Source: Clostridia bacterium (GTDB lineage: Bacteria > Bacillota > Clostridia > Oscillospirales > CAG-382). Taken from it: 64,000 nucleotides of DNA. Position 1 is the first letter of the stretch. Each line of letters opens with the position of its first letter. A program made the translations under genes and the position numbers. Shown here in pieces: positions 1-9,383 of the stretch. The notes beneath the pieces are model-generated. The model saw only the letters and a program-made list of their open reading frames with translations. It ran no database searches and had not been told where the DNA came from. The stretch spans positions 22,530-86,529 of the forward strand of contig JAFQAP010000026.1 in the NCBI GenBank assembly GCA_017399965.1, in the 5' to 3' direction.

Positions 1-224
1 CCGTTTTCCGTAGTTTCTGTATTGTATTTGGCAAATTTCTTTTCAAGGCTTTCTCTTGAAGCGGGTGCACCCGCATTATTTATATCCGGTGCGGAAAACC
101 TGTCAATAGGTTCCACGTTTCCTTCCTCTGCAAAGGAAAGCATAACCACGCAAGAGGAAAGGGCAAGCACAAATACAAGTATAAGAGATGCAGTTTTTAA
201 AATTATATTGGTAGTTCGGTTCAT
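1..224 (-). CDS. Family B secreted protein, 5' part only (runs off window start)
   Basis: Not in ORF track. ATG at 224 overlaps the kinase stop (ATGA) with AAGGAG upstream. Reads MNRTTNIILKTASLILVFVLALSSC...SLEKKFAKYNTETTENG, resembling the family B motif LEGKFGxYTFIxEExG. Confidence 0.7.
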   Translation of the reverse strand, partial: MNRTTNIILKTASLILVFVLALSSCVVMLSFAEEGNVEPIDRFSAPDINNAGAPASRESLEKKFAKYNTETTEN

Positions 225-1600
225 TTTTCACTTTCTCCTTTGTCTGCAAACCGCAGATACGCGGTAGTGCCTTCTCCCAAAGCGGATTTAAAGTATAATT
301 CCGCTTCGTGGGAATCGGCAATGGTTTTGCACAAAGCAAGTCCCAAGCCCGTTCCGCCGTCACGACGGCTTCGGGCTTTATCTGTGCGGTAAAAAGGTTC
401 GGTTATGCGGGTAAGCTGTTCTTCGGTCATACCGATTCCGTTATCTTTTACGTAAATGATTTTTGCCCCGTCAACAATACCTGCGCCCAATTCTATTTCT
501 CCGCCCTCTTTGCAGGCACGAAGTGCGTTTTCCGTAAGATTGGATACAAGTATCTCTATTAGCGACTTATCTGCCGTAACGTAAATGTCTTCGCATCTGT
601 AAGTGATCTTAACCCCTTTGTCCGCCGCACGCATAATAAAAATGCGATGTATGTGTTCAAGCAGCTTTGCCGCAGAAAAAACGTTTTTTTCAATCTTGTT
701 TTCACGCAGGTACGCCCCCTCCAAAAGTATATCTCCCACACGCTTTAACCGCTTGGATTCGTCCATAATGTTAAGCATTGTTTGTAAATGCTTTTCTTCG
801 TCCAGCTTATTGCGGAAGGCATATTCCGCATAGCCGTATATGGAGGTGAGGGGAGTGCGCATCTCGTGTCCCAGATTATCCAGCATACGCTGTTTTTCCT
901 CGGCAACGTTTTTAAGCTTGCTCATCTGCTCGTTAATTCTGTTTGTCATACTGTTAAAATCGCCGGCGAGGGATGCAAATTCATCGTTGCCCGTTTCGTC
1001 TGCCTGCACGGTAAAATCCCCGCGGGATACGGCGTTGGTTGCGTCCTGCAGCTTTTTAAGAGGTGCATACAGCTTTCTCTGCACAAAGTACAGACAAAAA
1101 GCAAGTATTACCGATGCCAGCACAGAAACACCGCCGAATACTATAGCAAGACTTTTAAGCTGTTCGTCCAGATAGCTTATATCCTTTGCGTAAGTCAAAA
1201 CGTATTTTCCGCCGCAGACGGTATCGCTTATAAAAATATGCTTTTTTCCGTCTGTGTTTTGGATAATCATTTGTCCTTTTTCGGGGATAGGGTAAGTATC
1301 GGGTATATTGGAATATGCCGTTTTCTTTTCGTTTGAAAAACGCAAAAGAATTCCCTTGTCCTCGTAATGAGTGCCGTAAGAAAGCATAAGGAAATATCCG
1401 TCCGTTTCGCCTCCGTCGGAATAATCTCTTTCAAAAGCTTCCATAATGGCAAACTGCTCGGATATACATACCTGCTTTGCTGCCTCCACGCTGTTTGCGT
1501 GAGTATAGGTGGCGAGCGCAAGTATACCTATATTGAAAAACGCCAAAAACAGCACAAGGGTTATAAAATATGATCTTTCAAAGAATCTTTTGCGCTTCAT
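221..1600 (-). CDS. Sensor histidine kinase (2 TM, HAMP, HisKA, HATPase)
   Basis: H-box GHEMRTPLT, N-box NLTENAL, DNGIG, GGTGLGL; HAMP after the second TM. Confidence 0.95.
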   Translation of the reverse strand: MKRKRFFERSYFITLVLFLAFFNIGILALATYTHANSVEAAKQVCISEQFAIMEAFERDYSDGGETDGYFLMLSYGTHYEDKGILLRFSNEKKTAYSNIPDTYPIPEKGQMIIQNTDGKKHIFISDTVCGGKYVLTYAKDISYLDEQLKSLAIVFGGVSVLASVILAFCLYFVQRKLYAPLKKLQDATNAVSRGDFTVQADETGNDEFASLAGDFNSMTNRINEQMSKLKNVAEEKQRMLDNLGHEMRTPLTSIYGYAEYAFRNKLDEEKHLQTMLNIMDESKRLKRVGDILLEGAYLRENKIEKNVFSAAKLLEHIHRIFIMRAADKGVKITYRCEDIYVTADKSLIEILVSNLTENALRACKEGGEIELGAGIVDGAKIIYVKDNGIGMTEEQLTRITEPFYRTDKARSRRDGGTGLGLALCKTIADSHEAELYFKSALGEGTTAYLRFADKGESEK

Positions 1601-2244
1601 ACCTCAAACCTGTATCCTACACCGAAAACGGTTTTAATTTTGTCCTTCAATTCCAGCTTTTTCCGCAGTTGCTGTACGTATACGTCTATAACGTGGTTGG
1701 ATTCCCCGTCGAAATTGTATTCCCACACGGCGTCCAATATCTGATCTCTCGTAAGCAGACAGTTTTTGTTGGTTATAAACATATCCAGCACGCCGAATTC
1801 CTTGGCGGTGAGCTTTATTTCTTTTCCGTTTTTATATACCTTCTTGGATTCAAAATCAACGGTGAGATCATTAATAACGAATTTTTCGCTCTTTTTTGTC
1901 CTGCGCAGTACCGCGCGGATACGGGCAAGCAGCTCCGGCATTTCAAAGGGCTTTACTATATAATCATCTGCGCCCAGATCAAGACCTATCAGTCTGTCAT
2001 CAAGACGGTTTTTCGCAGTAACGAATATAACGGGTGTGTCCTTGATATGCCTTATCACTTCAAATCCCGATATTTTGGGCAGCATAACGTCAAGTATTAT
2101 AAGATCATATTTTTTGTTTCCCAGCAATTCAAGCGCCTGCGCCCCGTCAAGTGCAGATTCACATCCGTGTCCTGCAGAGGTAAGCCCATCGTGTATAAGC
2201 TGGTTTATAAGTATTTCGTCTTCGACTATCAGAATACGCGCCAT
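1597..2244 (-). CDS. OmpR/PhoB-family response regulator
   Basis: ILIVED, LDVMLP, GADDYIVKPF, C-terminal winged helix (VYVQQLRKK...TVFGVGY). Confidence 0.95.
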   Translation of the reverse strand: MARILIVEDEILINQLIHDGLTSAGHGCESALDGAQALELLGNKKYDLIILDVMLPKISGFEVIRHIKDTPVIFVTAKNRLDDRLIGLDLGADDYIVKPFEMPELLARIRAVLRRTKKSEKFVINDLTVDFESKKVYKNGKEIKLTAKEFGVLDMFITNKNCLLTRDQILDAVWEYNFDGESNHVIDVYVQQLRKKLELKDKIKTVFGVGYRFEV

Positions 2245-2267
2245 TTTTCACACCGCCCTTTCGGTTT

Positions 2268-2296
2268 AATAATATCTTAAAACCTGTATTTTGTCA
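2268..2296 (-). promoter_or_regulatory. Sigma70-type promoter of the first response regulator/kinase pair
   Basis: Minus strand TTGACA-17 nt-TATTAT upstream of ATG 2244. Confidence 0.7.
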
Positions 2297-2297
2297 A

Positions 2298-3131
2298 TCA
2301 ATAGGCGTATTTTGCACACCAGGCATCCACCTCACTCTGACTGTCGGTGATAAGCATCAAAATGGGTATAGCTTTTATATCTCCCTGCCATTCCTCGGGC
2401 CATACAAGGGGTCCGTCCGTAGACTGGAACAAAGGGAGGTTCTGGTGGTTTTCTCTGCCGTTTGTCGTAAGCATAGGACATCTGCCGAATATATCGACTA
2501 TTTCGTCCTTTTCGTTTATCATTACCCACAGAATACAAGCCTTTAAGCTTTCGGCTTTTCCTTTGTATGCGGCGGAAAATCGCACTTCCAGCGTGGGATA
2601 TTTCTCGTGGTCGCCTGCATCGAACTTTTCGCTATCAAGATTATAATCCATTTGTTCTTCAAGTCCGTGGAACTTGAGTACAATATCCTTTGCGTGGAAC
2701 GGTCCATCTGTTTCGGCAGTATCTATGGTGCAGGAAAATGATTCAAAATCAATATCAGATGTAAAAAGGAAATAACCAATATACCCTGCGGAATATTCAG
2801 CAAAGGTTTGTTCTTCGGTGGAAACCACATTTCCGTCCTCATCAAGAAAACTGCCGTAAATTGTAACCGAATAGTTTTTGTTTGTGTCGTTTTCCACGGT
2901 TACGATCACAGCCTTCTTTTCGCCGTAAACATATATTTTGTCCTTTACAACAATTTCACCTGTGAGTGAAACGCTGTTTTCCCCTTCGGTTTCACTCTCG
3001 TTAACCTCGGGCGTGTATACGGATACGTTATCGTAATCGCTTTGCTCGTAAATATTCCCGTCGTCCTTACAGCCTGCAAACAAAGCTGTAAGCATTAATA
3101 CTGCAATTAATATAGCTATTGTCTTTTTCAT
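2298..3131 (-). CDS. Family A lipoprotein (paralog 1)
   Basis: Lipobox LFAGC, acidic tether, beta-rich domain (VENxTNxNYxVTIxGxFLDxxGNV, FxLYD-like), YPT and WPEE motifs. Confidence 0.85.
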   Translation of the reverse strand: MKKTIAILIAVLMLTALFAGCKDDGNIYEQSDYDNVSVYTPEVNESETEGENSVSLTGEIVVKDKIYVYGEKKAVIVTVENDTNKNYSVTIYGSFLDEDGNVVSTEEQTFAEYSAGYIGYFLFTSDIDFESFSCTIDTAETDGPFHAKDIVLKFHGLEEQMDYNLDSEKFDAGDHEKYPTLEVRFSAAYKGKAESLKACILWVMINEKDEIVDIFGRCPMLTTNGRENHQNLPLFQSTDGPLVWPEEWQGDIKAIPILMLITDSQSEVDAWCAKYAY

Positions 3132-3195
3132 ATTTTACTCCATGCCTCCTTCAATCCTTCGGTTTAATAATGAGTTAAAACCTGTGTTTTGTCAG

Positions 3196-4029
3196 TTAAT
3201 AGACGTATTCGTTAATCCAATCTATCAACTCGTCTTGGCTTTCGGTAACTATCCCCACAACGGGAATGGCTTTAATATCGCCTTGCCATTCCTCGGGCCA
3301 TTCAAGAGGACCGTCCGTAGACTGGCAAATATGATAGCTCTGGTGGTCCTCTTCACCGCCGGGGTGAGGTCTGGGGTCTTTGGCGATTATATCCACTATT
3401 TCATCATTTTCGTTTATCATCACCCACAAAACACCGATTTTCAGTTCTTCCGCACTTCCTTTATATGCGGCGGAAAAGCGCGCATTCAGCGTGGGATATT
3501 TGTTGTGGTCGCCTGCTGCAAACTCTGCGTCATTCATATTATAGTTCAGTGTTTCTTCAAGTCCGTGGAACTTGAGTACAATATCCTTTGCGTGAAAAGG
3601 TCCGTCTGTTTCGTCGGTATCTATGGTGCAAGAAAATGTTTCAAACTCAATATCGGGTGTGAAAAGGAAATATCCGCTGTACCCTGCAGAGTACTGGTTA
3701 AAGGTCTGCTCTTCGGTAGAAACCACATTTCCGTCCCCGTCAAGAAAACTTCCCGAGAGGGTTACGGAATAGTTTTTGTTTGTGTTATTTTCTACGGTTA
3801 CAATTACGGCTTTCTTTTCGCCGTAAACATATATTTTGTCCTTTACAACAATTTCACCTGTAAGGGAAACGCTGTTTTCCCCTTCGGTTTCGCTCTCGTT
3901 AACCTCGGGGGTGTATACGGATACGTTATCATAGTCGCTTTCCTCGTAAATATTCCCGTCGTCCTTACAGCCTGCAAATACAGCCGCAAGCATTAAAACC
4001 GTAATTAAAATAACTATAGTCTTTTTCAT
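3196..4029 (-). CDS. Family A lipoprotein (paralog 2, recent duplicate of 2298-3131)
   Basis: Lipobox VFAGC; same length (277 aa), near-identical N-terminal half. Confidence 0.85.
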   Translation of the reverse strand: MKKTIVILITVLMLAAVFAGCKDDGNIYEESDYDNVSVYTPEVNESETEGENSVSLTGEIVVKDKIYVYGEKKAVIVTVENNTNKNYSVTLSGSFLDGDGNVVSTEEQTFNQYSAGYSGYFLFTPDIEFETFSCTIDTDETDGPFHAKDIVLKFHGLEETLNYNMNDAEFAAGDHNKYPTLNARFSAAYKGSAEELKIGVLWVMINENDEIVDIIAKDPRPHPGGEEDHQSYHICQSTDGPLEWPEEWQGDIKAIPVVGIVTESQDELIDWINEYVY

Positions 4030-4032
4030 AAT

Positions 4033-4896
4033 TTACTCCGCGCTTCCTTCGATGGGCGTCCTTCTCTTGGGCAGTATATTCCACCATACTTCATCGCTGT
4101 CGGGCACAACTCCTCTTACAATGCATATAGCGGTAAGATCCTCCCACTGTCCGTCATACTTCCAGCTTTTATCTGTTGTCTGGTAAAGGTCAAAGGGATA
4201 CCAGCCGCCGTCAGCGAAATAGGAGGGCGAATCATATCTGTTTACCTCGTCGCATATCGCCATAATTTCTCCCTCTGCGTTAAAGAATACCATTGTTACC
4301 CAAAAAGAAGCTTCGCTCTCGTTGGTGTATTCGAAGCGCATATCTGCCATTACCGTGGGATATTTTGTAAAATCTTCCTGTCCTGCAAGTGACCATATAA
4401 TGCTCGGCATTTCTTTCGTACCGGCGTATCTGAAAAACAAATCCTTTGCCAAAAAGGGACCCTTTGCCTGAGTGGTTTCTATTTCATAAGTAAACTTTTC
4501 AAACGCCATCTTGGGCTCGAAGAAGAAATAATTTTCATATCCTGCTGAGTATTGGTCGAGAGTCTGGGTTTCTTCTTTTAACACGTTGCCGTCTTTATCA
4601 AGATATTTTCCCTTTACGGTAACGCTGTAATCCTTGTTAGTGCCGTTTTTCACGCTTACTATTGCAATATTGTTTCCGCGGAAATCGTAAACCTTGTCTT
4701 TTACGGTAAATTCACCCGAAAGGGCGGGGGAAGAAACATCTTCCTTGTCGTTTTCGCTTACGTTTTCCTGCGGCTGATATACGGAAACATTATCGTAGTT
4801 ACTTTCCTCATACAGATTATCGCCGCCTTCATCGCAAGCAGTAAACATTGATAATATCATCACCAACGCAATTAATAAAAATATTGTCTTTTTCAT
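4033..4896 (-). CDS. Family A lipoprotein (paralog 3)
   Basis: Lipobox MFTAC; YEESNYDNVSV, KYPT, YQTTD motifs. Confidence 0.85.
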   Translation of the reverse strand: MKKTIFLLIALVMILSMFTACDEGGDNLYEESNYDNVSVYQPQENVSENDKEDVSSPALSGEFTVKDKVYDFRGNNIAIVSVKNGTNKDYSVTVKGKYLDKDGNVLKEETQTLDQYSAGYENYFFFEPKMAFEKFTYEIETTQAKGPFLAKDLFFRYAGTKEMPSIIWSLAGQEDFTKYPTVMADMRFEYTNESEASFWVTMVFFNAEGEIMAICDEVNRYDSPSYFADGGWYPFDLYQTTDKSWKYDGQWEDLTAICIVRGVVPDSDEVWWNILPKRRTPIEGSAE

Positions 4897-4899
4897 ATT

Positions 4900-5757
4900 T
4901 TACTCCATACTTCCTTCGATACTGTAATCGGTATACGGTGTATCAAATATTTTGTCTTTATCTGCCGATACTTCTACAACCGCGCATATTGCGGAAAAAT
5001 TATTCCATTCATCGGGGTGCTTCCAGCTTTGGTCTGTGGTTTTGTGCATTGGAAAAGGTCGCCAGCCGTCTTCAAATTGACATGCTTCATCGAATCTGCA
5101 CACATCGTCGCACAGCGCCATTATCTCGCCTTCCGCGCTCATTATTACCCAGCGCACGTAAAATGAAGACTGTTCTTCACTTGTATACTCATAACGCAGA
5201 ACGCCGTTTACGGTGGGGTATCTTGTGTAATCTCCCTGCGCCATTAGGGAGCGAATAACGGTAGGCGCGTAATTCAATCCGTTGTATTGGAAGTCAAAAT
5301 ACTTGGCAAAAAACGGTCCGTCCGCTTCGGTGGTTTCGAATTCGTATGTAAATTTATCAAAGGCGATATTCGGCTCAAAGATAAAATAATTTTCATACCC
5401 TGCGGAATATTGGTCAAGCGTTTTGGTTTCCGTCTTGAGCACCTTGCCGCTTTCATCAAGGAAAGAAGCCTTTATTGTAACGCTGTAATCCTTGTTAGTG
5501 CCGTTTTTTACGCTTACAATTGCAATATTCTTTCCGCGGAAATCGTAAACCTTGTCTTTTACGGTAAATTCACCCGTAAGGGGCGCAGAAGAAACGTCTT
5601 CCTTGCCGTTTTCGCTTTCATTGTCGGGCGGCTGAAACACCGAAACGTTATCGTAGTTGCTTTCTTCGTATTTGTCTTTGCTGTTTCCGTCTGCACAGCT
5701 TGTTGCAAATGCAAGGGTAAGGGCGAGCAGAAGCAGTATAATTATCGCTCTTTTCAT
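4900..5757 (-). CDS. Family A lipoprotein (paralog 4, closest to 4033-4896)
   Basis: Lipobox FATSC; ATG 5757 after GGAAGGTG preferred over GTG 5766. Confidence 0.85.
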   Translation of the reverse strand: MKRAIIILLLLALTLAFATSCADGNSKDKYEESNYDNVSVFQPPDNESENGKEDVSSAPLTGEFTVKDKVYDFRGKNIAIVSVKNGTNKDYSVTIKASFLDESGKVLKTETKTLDQYSAGYENYFIFEPNIAFDKFTYEFETTEADGPFFAKYFDFQYNGLNYAPTVIRSLMAQGDYTRYPTVNGVLRYEYTSEEQSSFYVRWVIMSAEGEIMALCDDVCRFDEACQFEDGWRPFPMHKTTDQSWKHPDEWNNFSAICAVVEVSADKDKIFDTPYTDYSIEGSME

Positions 5758-5791
5758 AACAAACACCTTCCGTATATTATTTTACGGTGTA

Positions 5792-5823
5792 AGTGTAAAA
5801 CCCAATTCTCAATAAATTATCAA
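5792..5823 (-). promoter_or_regulatory. Class II direct-repeat promoter (TTGATA-N5-TTGAGA-N9-TACACT)
   Basis: Same geometry as 20583-20614; upstream of the four-lipoprotein run. Confidence 0.6.
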
Positions 5824-5851
5824 ATTTTATAAATATTTTTTTATATTTATA

Positions 5852-5940
5852 TAAAAAGTCCGACACGCCGAGGAAAGGGTGTGTCTTTCTCGGCGTGCCG
5901 GCACAAATCATTCAAAAAGGAGTGTCTTTTGCAGACTGTG
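5852..5940 (-). ncRNA. Candidate small RNA with two C-rich loops and an intrinsic terminator
   Basis: Own -10 (TATACT 5951-5946); two copies of AAAGACAC(T/A)CC(C)TTT; GC hairpin GGCACGCCGAG/CTCGGCGTGTC followed by a T-run. Confidence 0.5.
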
Positions 5941-5945
5941 TTTGC

Positions 5946-5977
5946 AGTATAAAACCTAATTGTAAAGGAAAGATAAA
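5946..5977 (-). promoter_or_regulatory. Class I direct-repeat promoter (TTTATC-N5-TTTACA-N9-TATACT)
   Basis: Matches the geometry of 18745-18776, 20653-20684 and 28444-28475; upstream half-site is degenerate. Confidence 0.55.
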
Positions 5978-5991
5978 ATTTTAAAAACTTT

Positions 5992-6855
5992 TTAAATATT
6001 TCTTTTACGCACACGTAAATAAGAAATTATACAGCCTAAAACCGCTATTCCGGTCAAAAATCCGATAGATATAAATACGTCTGTCCAGGATATATTATAG
6101 AAATCGCACCAGAATTGCTGGTCCTCGCCCGGCACCTTGTAGAAATAGAAAAATCGGGTTACGTTTGTAGGGTAGTGGCTTAACGTTTCAAGCAGCAATC
6201 CGTCGTTGGCGGGTGTACGAAGATCGATAAAATATACCGCCAGCGTGTATATTGTGGGAACTATCGCCGCGGCGATACCGTTTTTGAATATTGCGCCAAT
6301 GCAATAGGTAACACCTATAAAGAACACGGTGCAGGGGAAACCCTTAAATACGCACATACGCAACGTTCTCACCGTTGAATCCGCAATGTATTCCCAAATT
6401 CCCATATCCACCACTCCGCCGCGGGTGATCACGTATCCGTGTACGTAGGCAAAGCTTGCAATGAGCATAAGTGCAAACCCTAAAGCCGTGAGCGCGGCAA
6501 TACGGGAAAGCAGATATACGGTTGGGCGCATTCCGCCCGCTTTTTCAATTTCAAAAAATCTGTCGCCGTAATCCCGGTTAATAACAATAGCTGTAAAAAA
6601 CACCATTACCAGCGGAAACAGGTAGGTAGTAAACATATTTGGCACGTTGCCCATAAGCTTGTAATAGCTGTGGGCGGTAAGCACGAATCGGGGGTCGGTA
6701 TCCACTATTGATTCGTAGGTTTCCATATCAGTATAGCCGAAAGAGGGCTTGGAAAGCCGCCAACCTACGAGAAGCACAAACAGTATCATACACAGCCAGA
6801 AGGTTCTTGAACGCACCAGATTTTTAATTGTGGCATTAAATCCTTTTATAAACAT
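5992..6855 (-). CDS. ABC-2-type permease (paralog)
   Basis: About 6 TM segments; motif RDYGDRFFEIEKAGGMRP shared with 14054-14926 and 18822-19655. Confidence 0.8.
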   Translation of the reverse strand: MFIKGFNATIKNLVRSRTFWLCMILFVLLVGWRLSKPSFGYTDMETYESIVDTDPRFVLTAHSYYKLMGNVPNMFTTYLFPLVMVFFTAIVINRDYGDRFFEIEKAGGMRPTVYLLSRIAALTALGFALMLIASFAYVHGYVITRGGVVDMGIWEYIADSTVRTLRMCVFKGFPCTVFFIGVTYCIGAIFKNGIAAAIVPTIYTLAVYFIDLRTPANDGLLLETLSHYPTNVTRFFYFYKVPGEDQQFWCDFYNISWTDVFISIGFLTGIAVLGCIISYLRVRKRNI

Positions 6856-6856
6856 C

Positions 6857-8119
6857 CTACTCGCCTCCTATGGTATCGTAAATTATTTTATCAAGATAAC
6901 TTGCAAGCTCCTTGCACCCGTTAAGGTGGAACATACCGGACGCAAAATTATCGTCGCTGTAGGTAGACCAAGCATCGTTGTTCTCCCCGTAGCGGTAAAA
7001 GAAGGAGCATAGATTTACGCTTGAATACCAGCAGCTGGGAAAGCCGTTCAGATGCACGCACACGCGGTATTTGTCCACCCCCGTGTTGTCCTCAAAGCCC
7101 ACGTTTCCGCAGTTGTCAAAGAGGGCAACCCACATTCTTTCTATCTCCGCAAGCCGGTCCTCATCGGTAATACGTACAAGTGCAACCACCTTTTGCGCCT
7201 GCTCATCATAAAGCTCAATAACCACGCTTTTTTCATCGGCGGCGTATTCGTATTTATAGGGCTTATTGGGGATACAGTTGAGGAATATGTTTTCCGGTTC
7301 TTCGGTGGTATTCACCTTGCGCAGGTTAACTCCGTTTTCAAAGAAAACCGCCGTGCGGGTGTTGTTTTTTATTTTGTCGGAAAGCTTGTTAAATACATAG
7401 CTGTGGGCAATATCACCGCATATAGCTTTGTATTCCTCCTCGTTTGGCGCGCTTTCGTAACCGCACACCATTATGGCACCCATATCGAATTTCGCTCCGT
7501 CGGAGGAAACAATGTCCTCCTGCCGCAAAACGAGAGGGTATATTACTTCAATGCGTGTTATAAGGGCTTCAACAATATCGTTATCAAGGCAGAAGGAATA
7601 TTCGGGCAGGGACGTAACCTTGTTAAAAAGGCTGTAATATTCCTCGGTGGAGTAATATCCAACCCCCGCAAAGCTTTTTACATTTCCGTTTATATCGGTA
7701 ATACGTATAATATCGTATTCGGTAAACAGCTTTACCGTGTCATCAAGAAGCTCCCGCAGGTCCTCTTCGGTAACCACAAACCACTCTCCGTTTTCCCGCT
7801 TTTGGTTGAATTCATTAACCTGCTCCGCCGTATATATCCCCGCAACGGTCAGCCCGTTTTCTTCGGATATAAAGGTGTACTTGCCCCATTTTCCTTCCTG
7901 TGCAGTACCGCCTATTTCGGGAGCGAGATCGGAAGAAGTATCGTCGGGAACGGAAATATCAATATCAATATCGGGTAAAGAACCGTCGGCAGGTACGCTT
8001 TCTTCGGGAATACTCACTTCTTCCGTATCGCTTTCCGTATGGGAAACTTCTGTGTTTTCTCCGCAGGAAGCAAGCAACAGAATAAAAGCAAGCAAAAGAA
8101 AAAATATTCTTTTTTTCAT
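6857..8119 (-). CDS. Family B lipoprotein
   Basis: Lipobox LLASC; GKWGKYTFISEENG...ENGEWF...YDIIRI motif. Confidence 0.85.
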   Translation of the reverse strand: MKKRIFFLLLAFILLLASCGENTEVSHTESDTEEVSIPEESVPADGSLPDIDIDISVPDDTSSDLAPEIGGTAQEGKWGKYTFISEENGLTVAGIYTAEQVNEFNQKRENGEWFVVTEEDLRELLDDTVKLFTEYDIIRITDINGNVKSFAGVGYYSTEEYYSLFNKVTSLPEYSFCLDNDIVEALITRIEVIYPLVLRQEDIVSSDGAKFDMGAIMVCGYESAPNEEEYKAICGDIAHSYVFNKLSDKIKNNTRTAVFFENGVNLRKVNTTEEPENIFLNCIPNKPYKYEYAADEKSVVIELYDEQAQKVVALVRITDEDRLAEIERMWVALFDNCGNVGFEDNTGVDKYRVCVHLNGFPSCWYSSVNLCSFFYRYGENNDAWSTYSDDNFASGMFHLNGCKELASYLDKIIYDTIGGE

Positions 8120-8122
8120 TTT

Positions 8123-9382
8123 TTATTTCTCCTTTAATCTTTCTTCAAGAAGTCTGTTTGCAAATTCGGATACACTTTCGCAGCCCATTGCACCCAGTCT
8201 GGTCTTGCCGTTTTCCAGTTCAAAAAATACGGGGTTTCCCACTACCAGCGTAAACTGGTCAATATTTCCTTCGGGATAATACATAAAGGCGATATCCGGC
8301 ATATAACCTATAACGGTAAATCCGTTAAGATATACCGCGGCTCTGTAATTATGGGTGGGGGGAAACTGTTCGGTGTCCTGTATAAATAAAAATTCATCAC
8401 AGCGTGTCCGCAGTTCCGATATAAGCTCGGGGTCGGTCTGCTCGTCTATGCGTATACGGGCGACCATTTTCTGTGTTTCCTCGCTCCACAGCTCAATAAC
8501 GATATTGGGGGATATGCAATCGTATTTGTATGTTCCCATTTGGCTGTAGCCGAAGTTGCCTTCCAGCATTTTGACAGTAACCGCACTTTTGCCCTTGGAA
8601 ATGTTTTCGGTGTGCCAAAGCGCTATGTTTGTACCCACGGCTTTAAAGTAAAATACGTCGCCCGCGGTGTCTTCAAAGCCTTTTTTGTCGATCTCGTGCA
8701 CGAATACGTCGTTGTAGTATTCCGCAAGGTCGTTAAGCTCGCTTTCTGTCATAGGCTTTGCATCGGAAAGCACGATCCTATCGCGGGTTTCGTTGTCCAT
8801 ACCCGTTACCGCCAGCGCGCAGGCACTGTTAAGCACTTCAATACGCTTGTACATCGCCCACAGCAGTTCTTCTTTAAAATCAAAGCTGTAGCTTTCTTCA
8901 ACATCACCCATGTCAAACCCGTTAAAGCAGGCGTAATAATCTTCACTGCCGTAAAAGCTTGCGCCGTAATAGGTGGATATACTGCCGTCAAGACTGCGTA
9001 TGCGCACTATATCGTAATTATCTATCAGGTTTTTGGTGTCCCATATCAGATATTCGATCTCCTCTGCGGTAAGAGAAAACCATTCTCCGTTTTCACGTCG
9101 GGTATTTATATCGGTTATCTGCTCATAGCTGTATATGGTAATTACTCTTTTGCCGTCCTGCTCGCTTTCAAAGCAGTATTCGCCGAATTTACCTTCCAGA
9201 GCTTCGCCCGGTGTTTCGGTGTCGATAGATATTTCGGTTTCGCTTTCTTCTTCGGGCAGGGAAGCGTCTTTTGAAATTTCTTTCGATACTTCCTTTGAAA
9301 CCTCGTTTTTGCTTTGCTCACATCCGCAGAAAAGGGCAAGAATAAGAGATATCAAAAGAAAACAAGATATAATTCTTTTCAT
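8123..9382 (-). CDS. Family B lipoprotein
   Basis: Lipobox LFCGC; EGKFGEY...RRENGEWFSLT...YDIVRI; short EVSK x2/EISK repeat in the tether. Confidence 0.85.
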   Translation of the reverse strand: MKRIISCFLLISLILALFCGCEQSKNEVSKEVSKEISKDASLPEEESETEISIDTETPGEALEGKFGEYCFESEQDGKRVITIYSYEQITDINTRRENGEWFSLTAEEIEYLIWDTKNLIDNYDIVRIRSLDGSISTYYGASFYGSEDYYACFNGFDMGDVEESYSFDFKEELLWAMYKRIEVLNSACALAVTGMDNETRDRIVLSDAKPMTESELNDLAEYYNDVFVHEIDKKGFEDTAGDVFYFKAVGTNIALWHTENISKGKSAVTVKMLEGNFGYSQMGTYKYDCISPNIVIELWSEETQKMVARIRIDEQTDPELISELRTRCDEFLFIQDTEQFPPTHNYRAAVYLNGFTVIGYMPDIAFMYYPEGNIDQFTLVVGNPVFFELENGKTRLGAMGCESVSEFANRLLEERLKEK

Positions 9383-9383
9383 T

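Noticed and set aside
2298-5757. Diversity-generating retroelement as the source of family A variation
   Set aside because: No reverse transcriptase or template repeat in the window, and differences in the block I compared (paralog 1 vs 2) involve all four bases rather than only adenines.
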